The notes under the pieces were generated by a model. The model was given only the letters and a program-made list of their open reading frames with translations, did not search any database and had not been told where the DNA came from. This document shows positions 22,335 to 34,798 of a DNA stretch of 44,076 bases, in pieces (position 1 is the stretch's first letter; every line of letters starts with the position of its first letter). The stretch lies in NCBI GenBank assembly GCA_002269645.1, contig NIVC01002810.1, positions 1 to 44,076 of the forward strand, given 5' to 3'. Made by a program: the position numbers and the translations under genes. The stretch is from Macrostomum lignano (Eukaryota).

Positions 22335-23880
22335 AGCCTTCTCGGCACCCCGCGCGTGGAAAGGCAACGTTTGACAGTTTAGCGAGAGATTCAAGCCACT
22401 GCAGAGACAAGTCTGCAGCAGTTTAACAGTGGATGGATGGCAAATCAAGGCGATGTGGGGATGGTTTGTAAAAGTAGCGATAAATTAATAAATAACTGAT
22501 TACAATGCAATCCTACTAAAAGTTACACCACGAAAATTTTAACATTAATATCGCATAAAGTACCTCAAAATTTAAATGGTTCCTAAGAAATGCGTATTTC
22601 CTTGGTTGTTAGACTGCTGCAGACTGGTGATGGAGCTGGAGATACACAAATTCCTCTCAGGGCTGCAAATTGGCCAGAAAGATGACGTGATTAAAGCATG
22701 AGAAATGATAACAACCATGATAGTACTACGTCCCACAAACTGGCTTTCGAAGCAGGGATCGGCAGATTTTTACCTGAAAGGTAAAATCCAGCTTTTTATC
22801 CAGCTCATGGCTGCGGGCCAGATGAGAGTGAAAAGGAGAAGGAATAGACTACTAGAAAGGGAGGAGGGGCGAGAGGGGGGTAAGAAAAAAGATAGACGAT
22901 AATAGGAGAGACGAGGGGTAAGGAGAGAGCAGACAGCAGAGTATATGGGAGGAAGAAGCAAGAGGAGGGGAGAGAGGAGGGAGAGGAAATAGTAAAGGTG
23001 AGAAGAGGGAGAGAGAAGAGGGGAGAGATGAGACAGAGGATCGATGGGAGAGGAGAGTAGAGAAGAGTGAGAAGAGAGTAGAGATGAGAGAGCAGATAGA
23101 AGATGAGAGAGGAGAGATTAGAGAGGGTAGGGAAGAGAGTAGATAAAAGGGGGAGAGAGGAGTGAGAAGAGAGTTGAGAAAGAAGAGTGGGAAGGGAAGA
23201 GTAAAGGAAAGAGGAGGAGAGATGAAAGAGATGAGATTATAGAGATGGGAGAGATGAAAGGAAAGATGAGAGAGTAGAGATGAGAGATGAAGGAAGAGAG
23301 AGCAGAGTGCAGAGAGACGGGTTTAGAGAATAGAGGGGAAAGAGAAGAGTACACAGGAGAGAGGAGAGTAGAGATGACAGAAGAGAAAGGGGGATGAGAG
23401 AGCAAAGGTGAGAGTGAACAGACGATATATGAGAGTGGAGAGAGAAGAGAGAAGACAAGAGAGGGAGAGAGTATAGAAGAGGGAAGAGAAGAGAAGAGAA
23501 GAAAGGAGAAAGAAAAGAGAGGAGTCAAAAGAGGGGAAAAAGAAGAGTACAGAGGAGAGAGGTGAGAGAACACACGCGTATAAGAGAGTAATGACAGATG
23601 AGAGAGGGGAGATAAGAGAGCAGAAACAAGAGTGAACAGACGAGAGATGGGAGAGTAAAGAGAAAAGAGGAGAGGTGAGACAAAGGGAGAGAGAAGTGAG
23701 TGAGGAAGAGGAGGGGAGGGGAGGGGAGAGAATCGAGAGGACAGGGAAAGAGGGGAAAGGATGAGAGAGGAGAGGAAAGAGGGGAAAGGATGAGAGAGGA
23801 GAGGAAAGAGGGGAAAGGATGAAAGTGGAGAGGAAAGAGGGGAAAGATTAGAGAGGAGAAGACAGATGAGACAGGAGAGA

Positions 23881-23921
<41 letters not shown>

Positions 23922-24728
23922 CAAGCAGAGAATAATGGGAAGAGATAAGAGAGAAAAGAGGTGAGGAAAGAGATGAGAGGAGAGAGTGGAGAGAGGAGAG
24001 GAGAGAGTTGAGAGAAGAGATGAGAAAGGGGAGAGGAGTAGATGAAGGAAGTGTTGAAAGGGTAGAGTAAGGACTGAGAAGAGAAGGAAGAGACAAGAGA
24101 CGAGAGAGAAGAGAGGAAACAGAAGAGAAGATAGAAATTTCAAAGGATCCAAGGGGCATAGGGAGACAGAGAGGCAGATGCAGAGGCAGAGGCCAGCCAG
24201 ACTGCCAGAGTTTGCCTGACATTCTGCGCAGCACCCTAGCCAACAATATCAATGTTTGCCTCAAATCCTAATTTTACACAAATGTGTACTCTATTTTATG
24301 TTTAACTCTTTCGTAACTATTAACAAGTTTTTGTTTGAGTTAGACCTCAGATTTTAGAATACATGCAAAAATAGTTCCGGAGATTGAAATTCCCCGGGTT
24401 CAAAATCAGCGGGTTTCAACAGCTTGTTATATTTATATAAAAATATTTTTGCATTATTATTTTAAGAGAGCTATGTGGCACTATGTCTTAAAGGGATATG
24501 GTCATTTCATCTCCTGTCATTTTGTCTGCCAGCAGACAAAATGACTATTCAGTGGTGGGTATAATAATTGTTTATTTTAGCATGATTTGACATATTACAT
24601 ATTTAATGATTAGTTAATTAATTTGTGCATAATTTAGTTGCCAATATTCAAAGCAAAGGAAAATAATTTGTTATGATGCTTTGCTCATATGTTTAACTTT
24701 TATAGACAACAGCCTATCAGATCTATAA

Positions 24729-26067
24729 ATGAGCAGTGTAGAAAAAGAAGGTCTACTATCAGCCACTGCTGGTGCTGGCAGTGGTTTACCAACCAAAGAA
24801 ACCCAAGGGCAGCCTGCTTCAGTGCCAGTGCAGCACAATGAACTCTACCGCGAAATTGACTCTGACAGTGAGCAGCAGCCCTGGTGGAAGGCGAACTTTC
24901 TTATCACAACACAGCGTGTCACTTTTGGCACCTGGGATGGCGTGTTTACCTCCTGCGTGATGAACATCTTCGGCACTCTGGTATTTCTGCGCGCTGGCTG
25001 GCTGGTGGGTCAGGCTGGCCTTCCACTGGCGCTCCTGGCCTGCTGTCTGACTGCCACTGTTGGCCTTCTCACCGCACTTAGTGCCATCGGTGTCTGCCTC
25101 CAATGCGGCGTTGAGTCTGGCGGAGTGCACAGCCTGCTTGGCCGCGTGCTTGGTGACAAATTTGGCTCCGCCATTGGCCTGGTTTATTGCCTCGGTCAAG
25201 CTATTGGCGTCTCTCTGTGCACTGCTGGCCTTGGGGAGTCCGTTGCCAACATGTTTGGTATTGTAGGCAGCGACTGGGCCTCTCGCGCTTTTGCCTTAGT
25301 CTTGACCGCCACTCTGCTTGCCGTCGCTGGTGCCGGCGTCAAGTGGGTCATCCGCTTGCAGCTGCTCCTGCTGGCGGTTGTCGTGCTAGCTGTTTTCGAC
25401 TTCGTCATTGGATCTGGTTTTCGCGGCAGTGTCACAAATGACAACGGCGTCCTTGGTTACGGCAGTGGCGCAGTTGGAAACAATACTCGGCCAGAGTTCT
25501 CCGAGGGAGAGACTTTCCTGACTGTGCTAGGCGTGTTCTTTCCCACCATCACAGGCGTCCTGGCTGGTGTCAACATGGCTGGGGATCTTGCCGATCCGCT
25601 ACGCAGCATTCCAACTGGAACTATGTCAGCCATCGGAGCCAGCTTCGTTTTGTACGTTACCTTCGTGATTGTCCTTGGTGCCACCTGCTCCAGAGTAGCG
25701 CTTCAGTCCGACTATCTGATTGGTCAGCAGGTATCTCTGCTAGGTCCCGTGTTCCTGTGTGGCCTATACGTGAGCTCCTTGAGTTCGGCGCTGGGTGGCC
25801 TGACAGCTGCTTCTCGGGTGCTGTCAGCCATCGCTCACAGCACGCAGCTACCCGGTTTGCGTCACCTGTCAGTGCACAAATTCAGCGCCCAGGTGCCGAT
25901 CTACGCCCTGATTGCGGTAGCCGTTGTCACAATTGCTTTCAACATAGCCGGCAGCCTCAATATCCTGGCGCCCATTGTAGCCATGCCGTTTTTAGCCACG
26001 TACGCCACAGTTTGCTACGCTAACTTTGCCCTTGAGATGAGTAAAAAAATTGGCAACCAACACATAG
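24729..26067 (+). CDS. SLC12A8: SLC12A8/CCC9-like cation-chloride cotransporter family member, coding exon 1
   Basis: PWW...FGTWDGVFTSCVMNIFGTLVFLRAGWLVG and VFFPTITGVLAGVNMAGDL motifs, multiple TM segments. Donor AG|GTGAGT at 26067/26068, phase 1. Confidence 0.9.
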
Positions 26068-26353
26068 GTGAGTAGTTGTTTTTATGCAGCAAAATTGTAT
26101 GTTTCCATTCATATTTAACCATCAACTAGTTCATGTTAAAATAATTTTTATGATTTCTCTACTATTTAGAAATAATATTTGCCGGAAAAAATTGGTGCCA
26201 GCAATCTTAACTACTAATAATTGTAGCGTAGGGGTAAGGAATCAGTTCGTGATAAAAGTTCCTTAAAGAGCTCTTATATTTAGCTGCGAGAGAGAATCGA
26301 AAGCATGCCTATCATGCTGATTACGCAACAACTTGTTTCTCCCCACGTGGCAG

Positions 26354-26865
26354 GTCGCAACAGCAAGTCCGATCAGCAAGCTGGGACTGGCGGTGACTTG
26401 GACACGCTGTTTCCTGACGCTGGCCCTGCTTCAAATCGCGGGCCAGACGAGGCGCCGCTCAAAGGCGAAGTCTCAACTGTCTGGTCTCGCCTGGCCAACG
26501 GCTGGCTGTCTCTGTTCTCCTGCTGCGCCTGCCTAGCTGTCATGCTGGCCATCAACTGGATCTACGCTCTGGTCACCAGCCTGCTGGTTGTTGGCCTGCA
26601 CGTCTACGTTGGTCACTTCTGCCCCGGCGCCAGTCCGGGCGTTGCTGACTTTTCTCTCATCGGCTGGATTCAGTCCCTGCGCCGCGGTGGCGGCGGCCAC
26701 GGCGGCAGCGCTGGCGGTTTCGGCATAGTGTCCGCTAGACCTCCGCCAAAGCCCGGCACCGAGGGCGCGCTGCTGACACAGGACAACGAGGATTACGCTG
26801 AGCGGGGCAAGTACCACCAGAGCCGACAGCTGGACCCGCGGCTTGTGCCAGATGATCTCGAGTGA
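26354..26865 (+). CDS. SLC12A8: SLC12A8-like coding exon 2
   Basis: Acceptor tttctccccacgtggCAG|gt is phase-compatible with exon 1. Encodes WLSLFSCCACLAVMLAINWIYALV and LTQDNEDYAERGKYH, matching the SLC12A8 C-terminus. The joined protein is ~616 aa. Confidence 0.8.
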
Positions 26866-29075
26866 GCTTTCGCCAGCTGTATTAGAAGAGCCTCCGTTAC
26901 CGAGATTCGTGACCATCCATCAATGTGATTAGCCCAAGACCGTTTGCTTGTGTTTAGAGAGCACAACGAAAGGACTGTTAATACTACAGGATCCTATATT
27001 GTTTAAATAGTTTTGGACTCGACGATGTGCAATCATCAGCTACTTACGAGTAGTGATGAATGCTTGCAAAATCTGATTTCCAAATTCTCTCGCATCTGTG
27101 TTTTGGACAATTCGTCTGCGAATAATGTATTATAATGCTAATCCTAAAGGGATTTGATGACTATAGTTATATGATGAAACTTTCACATAAGCATTATTCA
27201 ATGTTACAATTGTATTAAATAAATGGTCACACCCGTGAGGGCCAACCCCAAGGCACAGAGACTGTACATGCCTGACGATTGGAAGGTCAGGACCTCTGTA
27301 CACCCTGTGTGAGCGCGTGCATATGAGTGCACCGGAATGGGCAGGGTTGCCTCAGTAACGCAATGCATTGTGGTACACTTCTAATATTTTTTGTATTTTT
27401 AGTAAGCGCGGGAAGTTTGCTACGCTACTGTATGCTAATTGTGAGCTGCTTCAATTGTGTGTCCAAATAACAGTTCTTATCCGTCTTCGCACATGCTACA
27501 GAAGATTGTGCTCAGAAAACAACTAAAATTCAAAATGTTTAATTAATTACACCCTCTGTCAGCTGGTGTTGTTCTGCACAATATTATGGACAGTTTGTTT
27601 TAATTTTCTTTGCTGTTTTTGTTAAGCCACTATTTATTATTCGAGTATTGTTAACAACTCACACAGTACAACGATGCTATAATGTGCTTCTTATTTTTAA
27701 TTAACGTTACAATTTGCGTTTTCTTGTCGTGCTTTCGTTCAAGAAAACTATTTTTACTTTTAATTAGGAACAAAATTTGTTCAGTTAAGTCGAAGTCATT
27801 CTATCTTTAGGAATATTCAAATTCTGAATAGTCTAATGCTATTATATGTTATCGGCATTTGCAGTTTGATCTGTCTGCCCTTTTTTAATATTCCATCTAT
27901 CATGCTTTGCTTTATTCGAAAAAATAATTTTACACGCTATCATGTAGTTTTATTTATGGTTTAGTTTATTAGCTATTTCTCTACTGGCGACTCAAGTCAA
28001 CGTTTTATTGCCTGGGTGTTTAAATTTCATATTCAAAATTGATTTGTTTCCAACATTCGAATAAGTAGGCTGTTGTGTCTTTATCTGGCTCTGATTAGTT
28101 GGCTTCTTACCGATCTCGAACACAAAGCTATCGGAAAGATCTTTTGCTGAATTAAATCTGTGATATTATGTGCACAAATTTAGATTTTACAATGCACAGC
28201 TTTATTATTGAATTATTAATAAAAATAATCGCTGAACGGGTGTCTCGAACAGCTTATCGTTTGAAAATTGGCAATGCTTGCTTTTTGAGCCAATTGTAAG
28301 CTTGTTTTGGGAGGCCAGTTATTCTTTTTACTGTTTTCTTTGACAGCAGGTGTGTGATCTCTTTTTGTTTGCACTTGCGCTATATTAGTTTCATACATTA
28401 GCTATATTATTGATATATATATATGTGTGTTTTGTAAACACCTAGTCAGGTACATTACCCAGCTGTGTTGTATTGTGTGCTTCGTGCATTTCCGTTCCAA
28501 CGCTTTGTTGTTGTCTTATTTTAGCCATTTTAGCCCCACTGTCATGTGCCGTCTTTACAGTATGCTTTTTTTCGTGAAGTAAGTTATAAGTCTATTTGAA
28601 ATAAATAAACTCTTTGTTTGTGAGTTATTGTTACTGTGAGAATATTAGTAAATATTTATTCTCTGATTTTGTTTTATTCTGAAATTTAAATTTTTCTTCG
28701 TCTCAGTTTAATGCTAGATATGAGATGCTTTCTTCCGTCATCCGCATCTCAGTTGAACCTCACCTCATCAGCAATAGCATATCAGCTTACGAGCTTTTTC
28801 TAGGCACAACCGCACAACAGTACGAGCCGTATTAAAATTATTAACTACAGCTACTGCAAGTAGTAATAAAAAATAAGTAAACAAAAAATATATTTCTTAA
28901 TTTTAAACGGTGAAAGAGGGGCACAGGGGGTTGTTCCCGGCCCAATCACGCCTACAGTAATTGCGCCCTCCGTAAAAATGCGCTCCTCTTAAAACTGAAT
29001 GAGAGAGTTAGCCAAGCTCGACGACTAGCAGGAGCTCGACGTTTGCCTCATCTTGGACATGACATTCACCGGCCA

Positions 29076-30005
29076 AGGAGATAGGGGCGCCTAACTAGGA
29101 GCCTTAGGAGATAGGGGCGCCTAACTAGGAGCCTTAGGAGATAGGGGCGCCTAACTAGGAGCCGTAGGAGATAGGGGCGCCTAACTAGGAGGCGTAGGAG
29201 ATAGGGGCGCCTAACTAGGAGCCGTAGGAGATAGGGGCGCCTAACTAGGAGGCGTAGGAGATAGGGGCGCCTAACTAGGAGCCGTAGGAGATAGGGGCGC
29301 CTAACCAGGAGCCGTAGGAGATAGGGGCGCCTAACTAGGAGCCGTAGGAGATAGGGGCGCCTAACTAGGAGGCGTAGGAGATAGGGGCGCTTAACTAGGA
29401 TCCGTAGGAGATAGGGGCGCCTAACTAGGAGCCGTAGGAGATAGGGGCGCCTGACTAGGAGGCGTAGGAGATAGGGGCGCCTAACTAGGAGCCGTAGGAG
29501 ATAGGGGCGCCTAACTAGGAGCCGTAGGAGATAGGGGCGCCTAACTAGGAGGCGTAGGAGATAGGGGCGCCTAACTAGGAGCCGTAGGAGATAGGGGCGC
29601 CTAACTAGGAGCCGTAGGAGATAGGGGCGCCTAACTAGGAGCCGTAGGAGATAGGGGCGCCTAACTAGGAGGCGTAGGAGATAGGGGCGCCTAACTAGGA
29701 GGCGTAGGAGATAGGGGCGCCTAACTAGGAGGCGTAGGAGATAGGGGCGCTTAACTAGGATCCGTAGGAGATAGGGGCGCCTAACTAGGAGCCGTAGGAG
29801 ATAGGGGCGCCTAACTAGGAGCCGTAGGAGATAGGGGCGCCTAACTAGGAGGCGTAGGAGATAGGGGCGCTTAACTAGGATCCGTAGGAGATAGGGGCGC
29901 CTAACTAGGAGCCGTAGGAGATAGGGGCGCCTAACTAGGAGGCGTAGGAGATAGGGGCGCTTAACTAGGATCCGTAGGAGATAGGGGCGCCTAACTAGCA
30001 GCCGT
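29076..30005. repeat. 30-bp minisatellite, ~31 copies
   Basis: Unit aggagataggggcgcctaactaggagccgt with a few recurring variants. Confidence 0.97.
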
Positions 30006-30393
30006 TTGAAATGAAAACATTTTCCCGAACTTTTTTGCAATATGTTTAATCCATCAGCATTCAGCGACTGCTGTGTAGCTATAATAACTCAAGTCAAGTC
30101 TAGCTAATCTATTGAAGACTTTTTAAAGGCTAAATCTTTTGACAGCTCATGCATGCATTTCCCCTCAAATCACAGACTAATCAAACCAGTGACCCGTGAA
30201 AAGCTGACGATGGAAGGGAAAAGCTTTTCTATCTTCACCAATTCCAAAGGCAAAAGATCAAACGTCATTCACCTCTGCTCTTTTAATCTATTTATCCGAC
30301 ATCTTCCCTTGAATCTCCCAAATCGAGCTATAGCTAGGGCTATTTAATATTCACACAGAACTGATGAAGGCAATTATTTGTTATTAGCTTCTG

Positions 30394-30578
30394 CTCAGCG
30401 CAGATGCACTCAGCCTAAACTCCGTATTGGCAGTCAGCCAAACTACTCAGAGCAGACGCACTCAGCCTAAAGTCCGCATTGGCAGTCAGCTAAACTACTC
30501 AGAGCAGACGCACTCAGCCTAAAGTCCGCATTGGCAGTCAGCTAAACTACTCAGAGCAGACGCACTCAGCCTAAACTC
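30394..30578. repeat. 52-bp tandem repeat, ~3.5 copies
   Basis: ctcagagcagacgcactcagcctaaagtccgcattggcagtcagctaaacta; starts at 30394, 30446, 30498 and 30550. Confidence 0.92.
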
Positions 30579-30810
30579 TGATGAATCAGACGCGTTTATC
30601 GTCGAGCTGATCCGCCCCTCATACTCGTACGTTTCACCTCTTTTTCATTAAACTTTAAACGAAGCTTTATTTATGACCTTTATTTATGACTCGAATCATG
30701 ACCTGGAATGGTTTGAAAACTTTCCCAGTGCGAGAGAACAAATCTAATGTATTTTCGAATCAAACCAATTAGCAGACCGTCGAATGCCATTCGTTCGAAT
30801 TCGTTCGAAT

Positions 30811-31056
30811 GCCATAGACAGCAGCCACATGCCATAAGCAACCATATGCCATAGACAGCAGCCACATGCCATAAGCAACCATATGCCATAGACAGCAGCC
30901 ACATGCCATAAGCAACCATATGCCATAGACAGCAGCCACATGCCATAAGCAGCCATATGCCATAGACAGCAGCCACATGCCATAAGCAGCCATATGCCAT
31001 AGACAGAAGCTACTGTATAATGCCATAGGGAGCAGCTACTGTATATGCCATAGACA
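30811..31056. repeat. 37-bp minisatellite (20+17 dimer), ~5 copies plus a degenerate tail
   Basis: gccatagacagcagccacat-gccataagcaaccatat. Confidence 0.92.
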
Positions 31057-32389
31057 GCTTTTGCATTAGAGAATACGCATATGCTTCTTACTTTAATAAC
31101 TCGCCTCCGGAATAATTTTCCAAGACCAAATTTTCCTGAAAAATTAGATGCTTACCATAGAACAAGTTGAATCATACAGGGCTACAATTAAACAAAAGTG
31201 TAGTTAGTGGAAAAATAGAGGTTCGATGAAAACTGCAAATATGTAGCAGATTAATGGGATTCTGCTCTAACGGCTGATTACGGAGGGGGAATGTATTAAT
31301 GATATCAGGATTCACAATCTATTGTAGAAGAATTAGGGTTCCTGCGCATTTATGTGGCACAGTAAATACAGTGCAGACCTACACGATTTGTGCTTCCGCA
31401 ACCGCTTTATTATTAACGGAGACTAATCGTATAAACCAGACCTACTGGGTTTTACAGTTCTGCTGAATGATTTAAACCAGTCTTTTTAGCTGATTTTACA
31501 TGAAAGTGGGAAAAAAGTTTGAATTTCAAAGCAGCAAAAGTTTCAATTTTTCCACGCTTTTAAAAAGATTCTAGCCTGTCGATGTCCCGATTTCCTGTGA
31601 CTAAAGAAATTGCTAACCTATCGAATTTTGCTTTAGTAGAGGTACGATTAGTTGCGTAAATCAATTGTCTGGGTGCTGGGGCAGTGACTGGCAGGACTTG
31701 TTAAAGACTTTGGAAAATCAATTGCTAATCCAGGTGCTGGAAAATATTCTAATGCTGTTCTAATGTGTAATGTCTCCGATTTAGGGAGAAATATTTCTCC
31801 CTAAAATTAATTCCGTATTTGGCATTTGCAACTTTAGGAGATTAAATATGTTTAGTGTGTATTGCCCTGCGTAAACTCAGTCGAGCATAATCATCGCATT
31901 TGCGATCAGCTACGCACCAAGTGTCACACTATGCTTTTAGCAGCAATTCTATCCCACACTGTGGAGCCTGGTGATAAAAGGAATTTATGCGCAACCCCAG
32001 TCATTTGGGCAGTAAAAGACCTGACTGCATGCTGCTAGCGTACCCATTGAATCGAATAGATCCACGGTCCAATAACTCAGATCAGACGCTGAGGCAGTCA
32101 AACTGATGATTGTAATTTTACGATTCCTACTTGATTTAAAGACTCAGAATAAATGAATCAAAGATGATTAAAAATGCCCATAGCTTCATATATCGATCGA
32201 TCTATATATAGTAAATGTGGGACGTCTTCCTTGAAAAATGTTTTGGTGCGAGCTCAAATGGCATCAATCGATAGAAGCGCAACCACGTTCTAGGGGGAGA
32301 CCATATTCAACCCATGCTTCGACGAATATCTACATGTATGACCAAAACCGTGTATGGGGAGAGCGAAGGATTGCCCCTATGTTGACTTA

Positions 32390-32528
32390 GCTCCTCAGGA
32401 AGCGAAATGCTAAAGAATTCCCATAGACTAAACTCGTGCATATTTAGTGTATTTATTAGCGCTTCGTGTGTAAATGTTTAGTCTAAAAAATCTATGGGAA
32501 TTCTTTAGAGTGTCGCTTCCTGAGGAGC
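32390..32528. repeat. ~140-bp imperfect palindrome (MITE-like)
   Basis: gctcctcaggaagcga..ctaaagaattcccataga..ctaaac versus gtttag..tctatgggaattctttag..tcgcttcctgaggagc. Confidence 0.7.
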
Positions 32529-32681
32529 GAAGCGAATATAGAAGCTTTCTTGGGAGAGCATTGCGCTATTCAATGCTTTTGGATAATATACCAATATGGA
32601 TGGGCTGCTTAGGGCAGAAATGAGCGCTCCGCGCCTCGACCGTTTCGCTCATTTCTGCCCGAAAGCAGCCTATCCATATTA

Positions 32682-33595
32682 TAGGATTTTTCGTTTGATT
32701 TCATAAAATTGTCATTTGATTTCGTCCATAGAAGTTGGCAGCGCGGCCATATAGAGTCTATGGCAATAAAGTGCGCTGTTTTCCGATTGAATTCATAACT
32801 TTGCCACTTCATTTCGACTTGACGCGCGGAGTGACTCAAACACTGCCAGAGGGGGCTGGGATATCAGTGGGTGAATGTCTATGGCCAAACCTCTCAGAAA
32901 TGAAAAGCCTATATGAACGTGTCCTCTTCTTGGGCAACAGTCCTTGTGTGCCTAAAAATGGCTGCATACGCGTCCATTGGAAACGTATAAACGCGGCCAA
33001 TCGTATTCAACTGCGAACTCTGCCATCGTACTCTCCATTTCTTAACGCCACGGAGCAGGCACACAGTTGTCTCAAGGCTTCGCTTAAACGCCAGCTAGCA
33101 ACACCTGAGCTTCAACAGGAACTTAGCTATCCGCCTGATGGCATCAACCTAACGCAGTGGAGACTCATGGTGCTTTTTCGCTGCGGCTACGTTGCACTAG
33201 AGGAAATTTCCGCCGCGAAGTGCCTTGCCTGGGAACGACATGTGATGCGGTTTCTGCCCCTGTGCATCAATGAGCAGCAGATAATGTGAAATTTGTAGCT
33301 TGTTGCAGCGAACGAGCATTAACTTTGGCGGACATAACTGATTTCACTGTTGCAACTGCCTACTTCCTCATGTGACTTGAATACACAGCTTTCTGTTTTT
33401 AACAGTTCTTTCTGTACGGGACAAGCGCATCGACTTTTCTGTTGCCTTTCTACTGGGTATGTCGAAATGAAGTGGCAAAGTTATGAATTCAATTGGAAAA
33501 CAGCGCACTTTATTGCCATAGACTCTATGGCCGCGCTGCCAACTTCTATGAACGAAATCAAATGACAATTTTATGAAATCAAACGAAAAATCCTA
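32682..33595 (+). mobile_element. Internally deleted Tc1/IS630-like transposon, 914 bp
   Basis: ~140-bp TIRs (taggatttttcgtttgatttc...catttcgac and its reverse complement) flanked by TA. The internal ORF encodes a DDE C-terminal remnant (VLFLGNSPC...LPSYSPFLNATEQAHSCLK). Confidence 0.85.
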
Positions 33596-33879
33596 TATTA
33601 TTATGGCATAACAGAGCCAGCAACTAAAGCGGGCACGAAATGATATTTCGCGCCCGCTGTCACTGTCTATCGTAAAAAATTTCTACGAAGGACCCCTAAC
33701 TATTTCTATATAGTAGCCTGTATTCCTCGATTATTTCTCCATTTTCTCCTCAGTATTTTTTTGCATCATGTTGCGCTAGGACAGAATACACAAAAGCGAA
33801 ATAGGCGTTTTGACTGGCGATTAGTTGGATTTTGTCGTTCGTCTTGTAAACCGCGAGGATACCGCGTTTCAATCGGCCA

Positions 33880-34117
33880 ATGGGCAGGCCTTACTGAGAA
33901 CCTGGAACGCCTCAACGACGAGGAACTTCGTGATCCAACCAACGTTGACGACATTTCTCTGTTGCGTGAGTTGACCTCTGAAGAACAAGATCTTCTGCGA
34001 CAGGCAGAGGAGGATAGCAAGCGAAAGCCTACCGCCAAGCAGACGGAACAACATATTCAAAGGTTTAAAAAGTTTCTGATGGAGGAGGGAATGCCAACCG
34101 ACATTGAAGGCATCTGA
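33880..34117 (+). pseudogene. Crypton-like tyrosine recombinase N-terminal fragment
   Basis: ELTSEEQDLLRQAEEDSKRKPTAKQTEQHIQRFKKFLMEEGMPTDIE resembles the start of the neighbouring recombinase (EDMGKVLSTEKATATFAACFRKFLEDRGLPSQLE). Confidence 0.55.
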
Positions 34118-34798
34118 TGCTGGTTCAAATTCTCTTTCGAACTGCATGATAGCCATTAGCAATTCAGTTGGCGAAGCACCCCAAGGACCACTAGATACTA
34201 CGGTAACTTCTAGTGGTCCTTGCACCCAATTCGTTTGGGAACTGCAAGTTCGAAAACTGTACCTGAACATCACCCCCAACAAGTGAGTGTCTGATCGAGC
34301 AGACTGAAATTTTAGCATGTTTGAGACAATGATGCGTCGCCTACTTCACTATATACGTAAATAAGAGCTATTTATCAGCTCACGTTGAATTCGTTTTAAT
34401 ACGTTATTCTGGAAATTGATTCTGCTTGTTTACTCGCCTCTTGTTTTCAAAGAGGCATAAAAATAAAGAATATATGCCATTAGGTTTGGCCATAGACATC
34501 GGCCGCGGGAAAATATCGTTGGTTTCACCCTCATTTCGACACGCCCTGGCCTGCCATAATGTATCTAAGGCGTTATGGGGAAGCCAAAGAGGGCGACGAA
34601 GGCGCCCGAGGGATTTCTCATTATCGCCCGCAAAGCCTTGGTAATACTGATTGTACCATAGACTATGTGGCTGAGTAGTTATACGAGCACATGAGCTGCA
34701 TTGATGAATATGGGCAGGGGGTGTGGGGGCGAAGCCCCCAAATTTCAACCATAGACAAAAATTTAGTGAGAAACTATACAGAAGCGAAGAGAAGCTAA

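Larger units (their letters stand above)
17026..24426 (+). mobile_element. Non-autonomous Helitron-like unit 3 (hosts the Chapaev-like and Mutator-like insertions)
   Basis: 5' tctctacatataaaaatcaaaactctgt, resuming at 20426 and 22335. Ends gcgggtttcaacagCTTG|T. The whole trimer sits between A (11257) and T (24427). Confidence 0.8.

Noticed and set aside
21057-22448. Many overlapping ORFs with QAKFGKQ / LPNFAC repeats
   Set aside because: They come from the 14/42-bp subunit arms of the foldback element.
12779-24264. Long Ser/Leu-rich (minus) and Arg/Glu-rich (plus) ORFs, e.g. 15747-16778 and 23118-24152
   Set aside because: They are translations of GA/TC low-complexity tracts, which lack stop codons by composition.
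29066-30040. 324-aa ORF of RRPYLLRLLV repeats
   Set aside because: It is a read-through of a 30-bp minisatellite with no non-repeat coding context.
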